This document shows positions 42,301 through 56,270 of a DNA stretch of 64,000 bases, piece after piece. How positions within the stretch are numbered: position 1 is the first letter of the stretch; every line of letters starts with the position of its first letter. Below the pieces are notes generated by a model. The model worked only from the letters and a program-made list of their open reading frames with translations, was not told the DNA's origin and did no database searches. The DNA is from Mobula hypostoma (taxonomy: Eukaryota). The stretch is taken from assembly GCF_963921235.1 (NCBI RefSeq), contig NC_086107.1, positions 106,580,001-106,644,000 on the forward strand. The letters are read 5' to 3'. Both the position numbers and the translations under genes were made by a program.

Positions 42301-45030
42301 CGTTGCACAATTGCATCATGTGGATAAGGTGCTAATACTTAGCCAATGAAAAATGAGGAAGGTGATAAACCGTTAGTTTAACTGCTATACCGCTTTCTGC
42401 CTGTGAATGGGAAGGAACCCCCACATAGAGTTTGTTAGAAAGTACAAATGATTAAAATATAACTTTAGTCTTACATTAATTCACCATATAAAAAGTATTT
42501 AAAGAACAATGGTTTCCAAAGCTCTTAGTTTGAGCTATTCAACTTGTCTTGCACCACCACACAATTTTTTGCCCCTTAAGCTTCACCAGATTTTCGGACC
42601 ACTTGAATAAATGTCATACCCTCTTCTCACTCTTCTCATGCCTACCGTCAGGAAGGAGGTACAGGAGCCTGAAGACAAACACTCAATGATTCAGGAACAG
42701 CTTCTTCCCCTCCCCAGCCATCCGATTTCTGAATGGACATTGAACCCATGAGCACTGCCTTCCTATTTTTGTTCTCCTTCAGTTCTACTCACAGTCTGAT
42801 AGGGTGTTTTCTATAACTGTAATACTTTATTCTGTATTCCATTATTATCACTTTATTTGGTGGCCACACACACACACACACACACAAAACCAAGATGCCT
42901 AAGACTTTTGCACAGTACTGAAGTAATTTTATTTATTGCACTGTACTGCTGCCACAAAGAAAAAACAAATTTCATGACCTATGTGAGTGATGATAAACCC
43001 GATTCCAATATGGGTCTCTACTGGGGACTGAGAGTGGGAAGGGGGCAGGGAGAAGGGAGGGAGAGGAAACATCAGACAGACATTCTGTAATGATATATAA
43101 ACCAGTTGTTTGGAATCAAACGATCTTGCCCGGAGTCACAGGGCTGTGTCCGTGCCACCCCCTACCCCTGGCATCCTTCTCTGCCACGGGTCCCACACCT
43201 CTACAGTGGCGCTCCATCCTCGCCATTCTCAACATTCTTTGCTCCCGCCAGGTTTACAAACTCGCCCTCCACTCCACGTTGACAAATACAATACTGTGGA
43301 AAAGTCTGAGGCATCCTAGCTATGGGCCGGCTGGTGGTGTAGTGGTATCAGCACTGAACTTCAAGGCAGAAGGTCCTGAGTTCAAACCCAGCCGGGTCCC
43401 AACATGGGTACCTGCGCAGAAGAAAGGCCTGGCAATCTACTTCTGTATCGTGCCATGAAAACACTATGGACCCCATGGTCCATGAAGTCACAAAGAGTCG
43501 GACTTGACTTAAGAACTGAACAACAAATATATATATGTGTGTGCCTAAGACTTCTGTTCACAACATATGTCAGTGATAATAATCGTGGTTCTGATTCTAT
43601 CATCTGCAATTTGTCCTAGTCCAGCACATAGAAACCACAGCTAAAAAAACTCACCAGTGCTTATACTTCCTCAGACACCCAAAGAAAATTGGCATTACCC
43701 CAATGACTCTGACCTATTTTTATTAATGCATCATAGAGACCATTCTCGGTGCATGCATCACAGTCTGAGGTGGCAACTGCTCTGTCCAAGTCTGCAAAAA
43801 AAGCTGCAGAGAGTTGTGAGCATGCTATCCAATCAGGCAAACCAGCGTTCCCTCCATTGACTCCTACTCTTCCCAAAGCATTGGATAGCAGCCAAGGACC
43901 CTCCCTACCCCGGACATTCTCCCTTCTTCCCTCTCCCTGACACAATCAGGGGTCGTTTAAAAAAATATTTTTTTCAGTGAGTATGTGGATTGTATTTTCT
44001 TGGTGTAACCTTGTGGGTATGCAGTATCCTTGGACTGCTTACCTTTTATGTCCAATTGTTTGCTTTTGGACGAGCCCTGGGTTTTCACTTTGTGTTGCAG
44101 GTGTCTCATTTGAGATCATGGGGATTGTTCAGCTCTCTTTTTATTTATCACCTTTATTCAATTCAGGGCAATTAAACTAGCATGGTACTTTTCAACGTCT
44201 TGAATTGTAGTTGTTGTCTTTGAGGGTTATTTCCTTGGCTGGACACCGAGGCTGTCTGGCCCTGAATCCTCACGTATTTCAGGGGGGCTGTCCTACCTCG
44301 CTTTGCTCGGTTGTTATGCATCCTTGTCTGGTGAAACACTGACTGAGTATCATGAGTGATTTCATTGCTTCAAGATTTGGTGTAGTTCTTGTTAGTTTTC
44401 CTGGTAATCTCTGCAATAGATATTCTGTTTTGCTTGAAACGCCAAAGTCTCTGGGATGCCTGCATTTGAATTTGTTAGTGATCCTGACACTCCCATCAGG
44501 CAGAGGATGCAAAAACTTGTACAGACGTACCATTGGATAATTTCTATGAAGCTGTTATAAGACCAGTAAATAAACAGCAGGTGAACTCTTAATCTCCCGA
44601 TCTGCCTCGTTACAGACTTTGGACTTTGTTTGTTTACCTGCTCGGAACTCTCTTTGCAACTGCTAAGCTACAATCTGTATTCTGCTTTTTTTTTCGCTAT
44701 CTCAATGTACTACAGTGGTGTTGCGGTTCGCACAATGCTTTACTGTACGGGTGACCTGAGTTCAGTTCCTGCTGCTGCCCCATAAGGAGTTTGTACGTTC
44801 TCCCCATGACCACGTGGGTTTCTTCCAGGTGTTCCGGTTTCCTCCCACAGTCCAAAGACGTACCGGTTAGTAGGTTAATTGGTCTTTGTAAATTGTCCCA
44901 GGATTAAATTGGGGGATTGCTGGGGGGAGCATGGCTCGAAGGGCCAGAAGGACCTATTCTGCACTGTATCTCAATAAACAAATAAATATATAGATAGATA
45001 GGTAGATCAATCAATAGATAAATAGATAGT

Positions 45031-45540
45031 ACTGTGTCCAGTTCTGGTCGCCTCACTATAGGAAGGATGTGGAAGCATTGAAAAAGGGTACAGAGGAGAT
45101 TTACCAGGATGCTGCCTGGTTTAGAAAGTATACATTATGATCAGAGATTAAGGGAGCTAGGGCTTTACTCTTTGGAGAGAAGGAGGATGAGAGGAGACGT
45201 GATAGAAGTGTACAAGATAATAAGAGGAATAGATAGAGTGGACAGCCAGCGCCTCTTCCCCAGGGCACCACTGCTCAATACAAGAGGGCATGGCTTTAAG
45301 GTAAGGGGTGGGAAGTTCAAGGGGGATATTAGAGGAAGGTTTTTTACTCAGAGAGTGGTTGGTGTGTGGAATGCACTGCCTGAGTCAGTGGTGGAGGCAG
45401 ATACACTGAAGTTTAAGAGTCTACTAGACAGGTATATGGAGGAATCTAAGGTGGGGGCTTGTATGGGAGGCAGGGTTTAAGGGTCGGCACAACATTGTGG
45501 GCCAAAGGGCCTGTACTGTGCTGTACTATTCTATGTTCTG
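45031..45540 (+). mobile_element. CR1-type LINE 3' fragment. Near-identical partial copy at 21415-21712. Other CR1 pieces at 1-420(-), 6530-6790, 37965-38545, 40915-41490(-), 46335-46870, 49165-49585, 54820-55285(-), 62820-63670(-)
   Basis: LGLYSLERRRMRGD.IEVYKI..GIDRVD...FFTQRVVG.WNALP is the CR1 ORF2 C-terminus. Confidence 0.88.
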
Positions 45541-47210
45541 TGTTTTGTTCTATAGATAAATTAATAAACAAAGTATGGGAAGATCTGGCTATTGTCTTGT
45601 CAACAAAAGCTTTTCACTGTATCGTGGTATATTTAACCAATACCAATATTGCCTGTCAATTCTGAATCTGCCCCTCAGAAATATCTTGTGATGCTTAACC
45701 ACGTCGTCTTCTAAATGACTGGCGGGCTCTCGGTTAGGACATTGACTCTGAGAGCTCTTGACAGTATGAGGTTTCTTCTTGTGCAAGAACCTAGAACCAG
45801 GCTGTGTTACTGTTTAAAAATAAAGGACCCGTCATTTTGAAGAGGCAGAATTTTATCTGAGGTTTTGAGAGTCATCGAAAATCTCTTCTGCCAAGGATAG
45901 TGAAGCAGGGTCAACAGTAGACTGATTCTCAACAGGCAAGGAATGTGAGAGTGAAGGTAAAAATCAGATCGTGCATGACCTTACTCAATAGCAGGACAGG
46001 TTTGAGGGGCTGAATGGCCAGAACCTACTGCTAATTCATATGAACGTAAGTAGATAAGAAAGGAGCAGGAGAAGGCCATTTGGCCCCTCAGTCCTATCCC
46101 ACCATTCAATATGATCATGGCTGATCTGCCCCAGGTCCCATCTCCTTCTCTATGCTACTTCCTTACGAATCTCCCTGCCTTCCAAAAAAAGAAAAACTGT
46201 CTGGATCCTCTTTAAATACCTTCTGTGATCCAGGCTCCATAGCCCTCTGGGTAGAGAAATCAAAGATGTGCCACCCTCGGTAAGAAGAATTACAAGACCC
46301 ACGCACAGAGGGAGGAAAATATCTTGGGGATATTTAGATAGTACTGTTGGAATATTGTGTTCAGTTCTGGTTGCCTCATTGGAATAAGGATGTGGAAGTT
46401 CTAGAGAGGGTGCAGAGGAGATTTACTAGCATGCTGCCTGGACTAGGGGGTAGGTCTCTGGAAGGCAGCTGAGTGAACTTGGACTTTTCTCTTTGGAGGA
46501 TGTGAGTTGACTTGATAGAGGTGTTCAAGATGATAAGAGGCATAAATCGAGTGGACAGCCAGAGACTTTTCCCCAGGGCACAAATGGCTGATATGGGAAA
46601 GGTGGGGGGGGGGCATAATATTAAAGTGATTGGAGAAAAGTATGGGGGTGGGAGGGGAGATGTCAGAAGTTGCACAGAGAGTGGTGAGCGTGTGGAATGA
46701 CCAGCCAGGGGCGGTAGTAGAAGCAGATAGATTAAGGGCATTTAAGAGACTCTTAGATAGGCATGTGGAGGATAGAAAAATGGATTATGTAAGAGGGAAG
46801 GGTTAGATAGTTACCAGATTAGGTTAAAATGTCAGCAAAACATTGTGGGCCAAAGGACCCACCATATTCTATGTTTTTATCAGTACGGTTGTGCTGTGAA
46901 CATACTGATTGTGGTGACCACTTCCTCACCAGAATGTGTCCCTGCCCTTAGACGGTCATGAGTCACTGGACCTCTCTGCGTGGTGGAAACAGAACCTTTT
47001 TTAGTATTTCAGAGAGAAAGAGGAAAGGTTATGGAGGGGGAAGTGTGGAGATGGAATCGAGGTTACAGTCAGGGCAGCCACAGTCCTAATGAATGGAAAA
47101 CCAGGTCTGAGGGGGTCAAACAATTCCTGATCCATCCTCGTCTTTCTCCGGCCATGGAATGGGTGGGAGCCTGAACTGTCTATGTCCTTCCTAGGGCCTT
47201 TCCTACTTAA

Positions 47211-47324
<114 letters not shown>

Positions 47325-48965
47325 TGAGTGTTGGCAGTGCAGGATATCTCCATTGCAGAGCAGGTTACACCCTCCAGCTCCAAGTCAACACTCTTCTTCA
47401 CCAGATGGACTTAAATGGACAACGGTAAGTCAGCGTACAGAGAGGAAGTGGAGAGACTGGTGGACTGGGGTGAGAAGAACAACCTAAGTCCAAATGTGGA
47501 GGAGACCAAGGAAATCATTGTGGAAGGTGCAGATGAACCATCCCCCCCTGCAAATACATGGCACCTCCATAGAGAGAGTCAAATGCATCAGGTTTTTGGG
47601 AGTTCTCATCACAGATAACCTCACACCTGGTTCCTCAATATCACCCCCCCCCCGAACAAGAAGGCAGAGCAATGCATCCACTTCCTAAGGAGACTGAAGC
47701 AAGTGAGGCTTTCCCCCCACACACCCGCCATGTTAACTGCATCTTATAGGAGCACCATTGAGAGCATCCTGACAAATTGCATCTCCATCTGGTATGGGAA
47801 CAGCCAGGCATCGGACCGGAAGTTCCCTGTGAGAACAGGCGAGAGGATCATAGGGGTCCCCCTACCATCCATCGAGGACATTTATCAGGAATGCTGCACA
47901 TGCAGGGCCCTTAGTATTATTAAGGATCTCAGCCATCCATCCAGCATCCTCTTTGCCTTTCTACCATCAGGCAGGAGACTCCGATGCGTAAAAACAAGAA
48001 CGGTCAGGATGGGAAACAATTTCTTCCCTCAGACCATTAGGCTTCTGAACTCCCTGCTGCATCGCATTCGAAATGTCACTGATTAATCTGTTCTGTACCT
48101 GACAATATTTAATTTAGGCGATTGACTTTGTTTATTTATGCGTAGCTTGTCTGTAGATTTTTTTCCTTGCTTTGATAAGTTACTGTGTGTTGTGTCTGTT
48201 ATGTGTACAGCTGTACTTTACACCCTGGTTTGGAGAAACGTTGTCTCGTTTGGTGGTTTAAATGTAAATAGTTAAATTGTGTGGCTGTAAGGAATGGGTA
48301 AAGGATTATCACAGATAGAATATATTTAAAGAATCAACAGTTATAATATGCCAAAGAGCCCCCTTTAGTGTAGTACAATCCAATAATTCTCATCTACCAT
48401 TTGAGTTGTGGGGTGGAGATACATCTCTACCATAGGAGGTGGAAGGTTCTCCTTTCCTCCCCTAGCCTGCAGGTCACCCTTGGACAGGGTGTAGCTCCTG
48501 CTTACCACATCCACCACCTCCCCCCGACCACCGATCATGGTCACGTGAAGCCATGGGAACAGGTGGCAGATGGTCATATGAGCAACTGGTCCACATCACA
48601 AGTCCTGGTTATGTGACCACTGATGCCAGGCAAACAATCTCTGAAAAGTATCGATAATGGCTGGGGTTACCTGTCTTGTAAAGACACTGCCAAGAAGAAG
48701 GCGATGGCAAACCACTTCTGTAGAATAATTTGCCAAGAACAATCATGGTCATGGATAGACTATGATCGCGCAGGTCATATGACATGGCACATAATGACGA
48801 TGTCATACAACACGGTACATAATGATGATGATAATGACCAGTTGAGACTTTAGAGTCACTGGTTTACAGAACTGTGGCTGAGAGGAACCCCAGTCATCGG
48901 AGATGAGGACTTCCTTCACCTTAAACCAATAAGGCATCTTAATATTAATTTATTTTCTCAAACAG

Positions 48966-49085
48966 CTGGTTCCATGCTGGGATTGGCCGAAGCGAAGCAG
49001 AGAACATTCTTTTGGAGCAAGATTTGGGAGCCTTCCTCATCAGAGCCAGCCAGAGTTCCAAGAACGATTTCTCTATCTCAGTCAG
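48966..49085 (+). CDS. GRAP2: GRAP2 exon, first half of SH2 (WFHAGIGRSEAENILLEQDLGAFLIRASQSSKNDFSISV)
   Basis: Pyrimidine tract then aacag acceptor, donor CAG|gtatgt, 120 nt, phase 2 to 2. GAFLIRASQSS..DFSISVR is the FLVRES-equivalent motif in its GADS-type form. Confidence 0.96.
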
Positions 49086-49799
49086 GTATGTAGCACGCTT
49101 GGAGTACAGACTCTCCCTAGTGAAGGGCATTGTCTACTTGCTCTCAGCTTTCATGAAAATGATCCCGGGAGTGTTTAATGGCTCTGGGCCTGTACTCACT
49201 GGAGTTTAGAAGAATGATGGGGGATCTTATTGAAAACTATCAAACATTGAAAGGCCTAGACAGAGTGGATGTGGAGAGGATGTTTCCTGTCATGGAGGAG
49301 TTTAGGACCAGAGGACACAGCCTCAGAATTAAAGGACATTCTCTTTAGAACAGAGATGAGGAGGAATTTCTTTAGCCAGAGGGTGGTGAAGCTGTAAAAT
49401 TCATTGTCACAGACAGCTGTAGGGGCCAAGTCATTGGGCATAAAGTGGAGGTTGATAGGTTCTTGATTAGTAAGGGCGTCAAAGGGGAGAAGGCAGGAGA
49501 ATGAGGCCGAGAGGGATAGTAAATCAGCCATGATAGAATGGTGGAGCAGACTGGATGGCTAAATTCAGCTCCTGTATCTTATGGCTGCGTTACTGTGGAA
49601 TAATATAGCACAGAAAACAGGCCATTCAGCCCCCAGCACGTGTTCTACCCCAGCCTGATTTTTGCACGCAAAAGGGATGCAAGTCAAGTAAACAGGTCTG
49701 AATTATGATGGCAAAGATTCTGAACTCATGCCACTGTTTCATGTGGTAATCGGGAGCTCGGATGATTCACTCAGAGACAAAGATCAGAACTAAGATTAG

Positions 49800-50560
49800 A
49801 CACAAGAGATTCTACAGTTGCTGGAAATCTTGAGCAACCGAAGTGCTGGGAGAATTCGGCAGGTCAGGCAGCTTCTAAGAACCAGCAAGGCCTCTTTGTC
49901 TTACGTCCCATTGCATTTTTGCTGGTTCTTAGAAGCTGTCAAAATGCCGGAGGGGAATAAACATGCAGGTTTCCAGCTGAGACACTTCATTGGGACTGGT
50001 GAGAAAGGGGACAAAAGCCCGAATAAAAAGGTGGTGAGAGGAGGAGGAGTACAAGATGGCAGGTGACGGTTGAGACCAGTTGAGGGTGAAGGTGGTGAGT
50101 GGGGGAAGAGTGGGGGCATGAAGTAAGAAGCTGGGAGGAGATAGGTGAAACAGGAGGAAGGGCTGAAGATGAAGGAATCTACAGGAGAGGACAGTTGAGC
50201 GTAGGAGAAAGTTAAGGAGGTGGAGAACCTGAGGAAGGCAGTGGGCAGTTGAGGAGACGAGAAGGGGTGAGATGGCAACCAGAATGGGGAATGGAAACAG
50301 AGAGAAGGAGGGAAGGTGAAGAAATTGCCATAAGTTAAAGAAATCAGTGTTAATGCCATCAAATTGGAGGCTACCTTGATGGAATATAAGGTGTTGTTCT
50401 TCCAACCTGAGTGTGCCCTTTTTCAATCATTGCAGTGGATGAAGACATGTTGGAATGGGAATGGGAAGTCAGACTGAAATGGATGGCCACCAGGGGAACC
50501 CGGCTTTTGCAGCAGATAGAGCAAAGGTGCTCATCAAGGCAGTTCCCCCATCTGTGTTGG
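49800..50560 (-). mobile_element. Older degenerate Penelope 3' fragment. Similar at 11341-12060 and 12980-13400
   Basis: Minus-strand TLRLEEQHLIFHQGSLQFDGINTDFFN is the same GIY-YIG tail, followed by the family's pyrimidine-rich UTR. Confidence 0.75.
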
Positions 50561-52536
50561 GTATTAATATTAGAATTGGGGTCCAATTGCAGGACTTATT
50601 ATAAGATGCACTGCAATTGGTGGTTAGACCAATTGATGGATAGTTACTGGTTGTCTGATGAATGGACAGAGAGAAGGATTGACTGAATGCATCAGTGGGT
50701 GATAACTAATTGATTGATAGCTCAACAAATAGATAAATGGACAGATTGTTGGTTGGATCAATGGAATCTAAGCATGGATTTAATCAATTAGATTCAGCAA
50801 TGGCGTCGACTTCACAGCTGTTGTGGTGGTTAATAGAGTCGTCCCTATGCTGTTCAGTTCGTTGCTCCCACACGGGAAGAGTTCCCCATGCAAAGTTATC
50901 AATAAAAGTTAAGTAGAAAATCCTGCAAGCTGACATCGTGGTGTGCTCTGTACTATCCCTCAATGTCGAACACAACAACAGCGACACCTCAAACAAATTT
51001 GCAAAATAACCGAGAGGAGTGCAGAACTGAGACTTTCAACAGCACGAAGAAGATAATGCTGTTTGAGGGCGTCAAGAAAATGGGAATGAGATTGAACACT
51101 GGAATTGGAAGGCAGTGCAGCAGATAGTGCTGTTGCCTCACACCCCCAGAAAGCCGGGCCTGAGCTTGCTGTCAGTGGGGAATTAGTGTGTCCTCTCCGT
51201 GACTATGTGAGTTTCTCCTGGGTGATCCGGTTTCTCTCTCTTTCTAGGCGTGAGCTGGCAGGGTTAACAGGATCCTGTAAACAACTGGCAAAAGGAGGAT
51301 GGCTATGAGCCAGGAAAATAGGAGGTGAAATTGGACTGATGCGATTGTACTCCTGAGAGTTGATTGGCCTCCGTCTACACTATTGTTGGAAAACTAAACA
51401 GATTTGGAAAGCTAAACACTTCATTCTAAAGGGGGTGGAACAGTAATGTGGTGGTTAGCACAAAGCTTTACCGTACACGCAACCTGGGTTCAATTCCCGC
51501 CACTACCTGTAAGAAGTGTGTACGTTCTCCAAGTGGGTTTCCTCCGGGTGCTTTGGTTTCCTCCAAAGACCAAAGTTGGTAGGTTAATTGGTCATTGTAA
51601 ATTGTCCTGTGATTAGGCTAGGATTAAATTGGGGCATTGTCAGAAGGGCCTATTCCATGCTATATCTCAATAAATAAATGAATAAAGTTAAAGGCAATGT
51701 ATCATGATGCAATAGTTATCCCACAATAAATCTGAGCATTGGAACATGAGCTAGGTTGACTTGCCAAGTGAGGAGATGACTTGTTTGAGATAAATATGCA
51801 AGAAGCAACAATTTGGTAATTTGGGAATTCATTTTTCGCAACCTAGTCATCCCTGTACTTGGTATTTGCATGAGAGATAGACACTCCATGCAAGGAAGCA
51901 TTATGGAATCAAGGTGGGCAAGTGGAATTACCTGTGGATTTCGTGACCTTGTTGAATAAGTGAACAAATGCAATAAGATGAATGGGTTCCCTTTGTCCTT
52001 TGACGGCCTTGACACATGGTGGTTGGATCTCTTAGCAACATGGAGGTGTTGCACTCAGGCGTACTTAAATGGAATCAATTCAATTTTAATTGTCACTCAA
52101 CCATACATGAGTAGCCATAAATGCAGTCAAATGAGACCCCATTACTCTGGGGTCAAGGTGCAAAACACAATACCAACAGTCATGCACAGCACAAAGCACA
52201 TAAAGGTTTAAGAAAGATACAGACGGCCATGCAATAAGAAGTCTATCAATGCTGCAGAAATCTACAGTCGACCACAACAGAGCTTGTCTTTCTGCCGAGC
52301 GAACAGCCTTGCACATCAGTAACCAAACCAAAATCAATGGCAAAAAAAAAGAGACAGAGTTTTTACAACATTGCAAAAGACTACCATCGAGCGTTTTACT
52401 CAAGAATAATCCCAAATTCTTTCAGAACAAATCTAAACATGATCTCTTGTGCCTTTACCAGACATTGGTGCTCCAACTTGGATTGCTTCAGGGTTCTGGA
52501 ATTATAATTGCATTGCTAACAGATCCTCAGTTATAA

Positions 52537-52737
<201 letters not shown>

Positions 52738-52816
52738 TAGCAGTCCAAGTTCAGATTTCTGAGGCTGTAAAGTTCAAAATGCAAATTGATGGATATTTTC
52801 ACCTGCCATTTCTGTC

Positions 52817-53703
52817 CAGTACTGAGGGAGTGCCTCACTGTCGGAGGGACGGTACTGAGGGAGTGTCACACTGTCGGAGGGACGGTACTGAGGGAGTGTC
52901 TCACTGTCGGAGGGACGGTACTGAGGGAGTGTCACACTGTTGGAGGGACAGTACTGAGGGAGTGTCTCACTGTCGGAGGGACGGTACTGAGGGAGTGTCA
53001 CACTGTCGGAGGGACGGTACTGAGGGAGTGTCACACGGTCGGAGGGACGGTACTGAGGGAGTGTCACACTGTTGGAGGGTCAGTAGTGAGGGAGTGCCTC
53101 ACTGTCGGAGGGACGGTACCGAGGGAGTGCCTCACTGTCAGAGGGACGGTACCGAGGGAGTGCCTCACTGTCGGAGGGACGGCACCGAGGGAGTGCCTCA
53201 CTGTCGGAGGGACAGTACCGAGGGAGTGCCTCACTGTCGGCGGGACGGCACCGAGGGAGTGTCTCACTGTTGGAGGGACGGTACTGAGGGAGTGTCACAG
53301 GGTCAGAGGGACGGTACTGAGGGAGTGTCACAGGGTCAGAGGGACGGTACTGAGGGAGTGTCACACTGTCGGAGGGACGGTACTGAGGGAGTGTCACACG
53401 GTCGGAGGGACGGTACTGAGGGAGTGTCACACTGTCGGAGGGTCAGTAGTGAGGGAGTGCCTCACTGTCGGAGGGACGGTACCGAGGGAGTGCCTCACTG
53501 TCAGAGGGACGGTACCGAGGGAGTGCCTCACTGTCGGAGGGACGGCACCGAGGGAGTGCCTCACTGTCGGAGGGACAGTACCGAGGGAGTGCCTCACTGT
53601 CGGCGGGACGGCACCGAGGGAGTGTCTCACTGTTGGAGGGACGGTACTGAGGGAGTGTCACAGGGTCAGAGGGACGGTACTGAGGGAGTGTCACAGGGTC
53701 AGA
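52817..53703 (+). repeat. 33-bp minisatellite, about 27 units, with a 363-bp (11-unit) higher-order duplication
   Basis: Unit GTACTGAGGGAGTGTCTCACTGTCGGAGGGACG. Identical ORFs recur at a 363-bp offset (53064-53267 versus 53427-53630). Confidence 0.96.
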
Positions 53704-55358
53704 AGCACTGTTTTGCAGAGTAGATGCTGCACTGTCAGGGGAGTTCCCTGTGTCGTGTTAAACCAAACCTCCTTGTTCCCATTGAGGTTGACATTAAAAT
53801 TTCGCTGACACTATCTTACATTGGAGAATCTCCTCTGCACAGTACTCCCTCAAATCATGCAAGGGTCTTTCAGAGAGCCCTCCTTCATGAACATTTTTCA
53901 TCTGGGTGAGAGATTGATCCTAGAGAAGGTTAAAAGGTCATCTCAACATGTTGGACTGGAGGGACTATACTATTCTAAATCCTGTGCCCAAAAGAGCAAG
54001 TCTTGTCAGGAAGAGAGGCGTTTGGGAAACTGGTTTGGAAAGAAGGAGGGAATATGTTTTGGACCACGATGGGTGCATATGCAAATCCAGTCAGAAGACA
54101 CGGAACTGGTGTAACTTCACTCTGACACATTCACATTAGTTCAAAGTAAATGCCTTTGATAGTTTCTAGGAACAATTTGCATGCACTGCCTCAGGGCTGT
54201 CAGGGTTGGGCAAGACCACAGATGAAAGCCAAGGAATGAACCTTGAACCTCTGGTTCTGGGTGCAGGTGGGGGGGAAGAGGGAGGAGAGGGGAGGCCGTG
54301 GGATGGGAGGGTCCAGTGTAAGACAGAAAGTGGGTGTACATCAGAGTCACAGAGAGACACAGAACATCTTCTTTGTGGACTGGGTTCTCACTGACCATGA
54401 TTACTCTAATCCTGCTGTGTATTTGATACTCCTGTCGTATATGGGTATATTGTGGGTGGTGGGGTGGAGACACGTCTCTACCAAAGGAGGTGTAAGGCGC
54501 TCCCTCACTCCACTAGCCTGCATGTCACTTTAGGCAAGAATTAACACCTGCTTAGCACCCCCCCCCCCCACACACCAATCAGGGTCACGTAAAGCCATGG
54601 GAGCAGGTGGTGGGTCATATGAGCAGCCGGTACATATCACAAGTCCTGGTTATGTGACCACCGACACCAGTCAGACAATCTCTGAAGGGTATTGATAATG
54701 GCTGGGGTCACCCGTCTTGTAGACACTGCCCAGAAGAAGACAATGGCAAACCACTTCTGTAGAAAAATTTGCCAAGAGCAATCATGATCCCCACATCAAG
54801 GTGATGGCGATGATGAGCCAGCACCGCCATTCACTGTGATCATGGCTGATCACTCACAATCAGTATCCAGTTCCTGCCTTATCCCCATAACCTTTGATTC
54901 CGCTATCTTTAAGAGCTCGATCCATCTCTTTCTTGAAAGCATCCAGAGACTTGGCCTCCACAGCCTTCTGGGCAGAGCATTCCATATATCCACCACTCTC
55001 TGGGTGAAAAAGTTTTTCCTCAACTCCGTTCTAAATGGCATCAGCGGGAACATGCTTCCTGCCTCCAACGTGTCCAATCCCTTAATAATCTTATATGTTT
55101 CAATAAGATCCCCTCTCAGCCTTCTAAATTCCAGAGTATACAAGCCTAGTCGCTCCAATCTTTCGACATATGACAGTCCCGCCATCCTGGGAATTAACCT
55201 CGTGAACCTACGCTGCACTCCCTCAATAGCAAGAATGTCCTTCTTCAAATTTGGAGACCAAAACTGCACACAGTACTCCAGGTGTGGTCCAGGTGTGGTC
55301 TGGAGTCACAGTCACAGTCACAGTCGTGTGAGTGAAATCTTTAAAAAAAGGGATGGAT

Positions 55359-56270
55359 CCCATTATGATAATAACCTACATCAAAGTTGCTGGTGAACGC
55401 AGCAGTCCAGGCAGCATCTCTAGGAAGAGGTACAGTCGACGTTTCAGGCCGAGACCCTTCGTCAGGACTAACTGAAGAAAGCCTGACGAAGGGTCTCGGC
55501 CTGAAACGTCGACTGTACCTCTTCCTAGAGATGCTGCCTGGCCTGCTGCGTTCACCAGCAACTTTGATGTGTGTTGCTTGAAATTCCAGCATCTGCAGAA
55601 TTCCTCGTGTTTGCGATGATATTAACCTCCCTCTTTGCTGGAGAAATTGTGGAAATCAAAATGCAAACCATTATCATATCTTCTGGGATTGCCCCGTTAT
55701 CAAAGACTATTGGAGTGGGATACACAATGCCCTACAAGACATTTTTAAATGTGAAGTACCCTTTTAGAAAGTAAGACCATATATTTTGAGTATGTACCTC
55801 AAGAATGGTTGAAAAGAGATAAATATTTAATGAATATACTGCTGGTGGCTGGTAAAAAGACTCTTACCAGGAAATGGTTATCTCAGGAGAGCCCAACTTT
55901 AAACACATGGATGGAAATTACAATGGACATTTACAAAATGGAGAAGATAACAGCATCTGTTAATCATAAGTTGAAACAATTTCATTCATACTGGGAAAAA
56001 TGGTTCAACTACATAACACCTCATAGGCCTGATTTTATTCTCACAAATCAATGAATATGTTGTAAAAAAGATCACTCCCTACTTGTACATGGTTTTCTCC
56101 TTTTGCTTGTTCTTTCTTTCCCCTCTTTTCTATAGGTGTACACCTCAGATAAATATTATGTTGAGATTTGTGGCAAATATGATTATATGACATATATGTG
56201 CAATATCTGAAATACATCTTATGGAAGTGTTTGTTTGATGATGAACTTCAATAAAAATTACAAAAAAAAG
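55359..56270 (+). mobile_element. 5'-truncated L1-clade LINE with a nested fold-back Penelope insertion (55378-55615)
   Basis: Encodes CWRNCG...HIFWDCP, the L1 ORF2 cysteine-rich C-terminus, through ...YWEKW. AATAAA plus A-tail at ~56250-56270. TSD AAAAGGGATGGAT at 55346-55358 and 56271-56283 in a TT/AAAA context. Confidence 0.85.
55434..55469 (-). ncRNA. Minimal hammerhead motif on the minus strand. An inverted partner core lies at 55483-55514(+) with a truncated helix I
   Basis: The reverse complement reads agtc-CTGACGA-agggtctcggcct-GAAAC-GTC-gact. Confidence 0.68.

Noticed and set aside
52779..53808. The longest ORFs in the window (314 and 340 aa)
   Set aside because: Artefacts of a stop-free 33-bp minisatellite that is open in several frames on both strands and lies within an intron.
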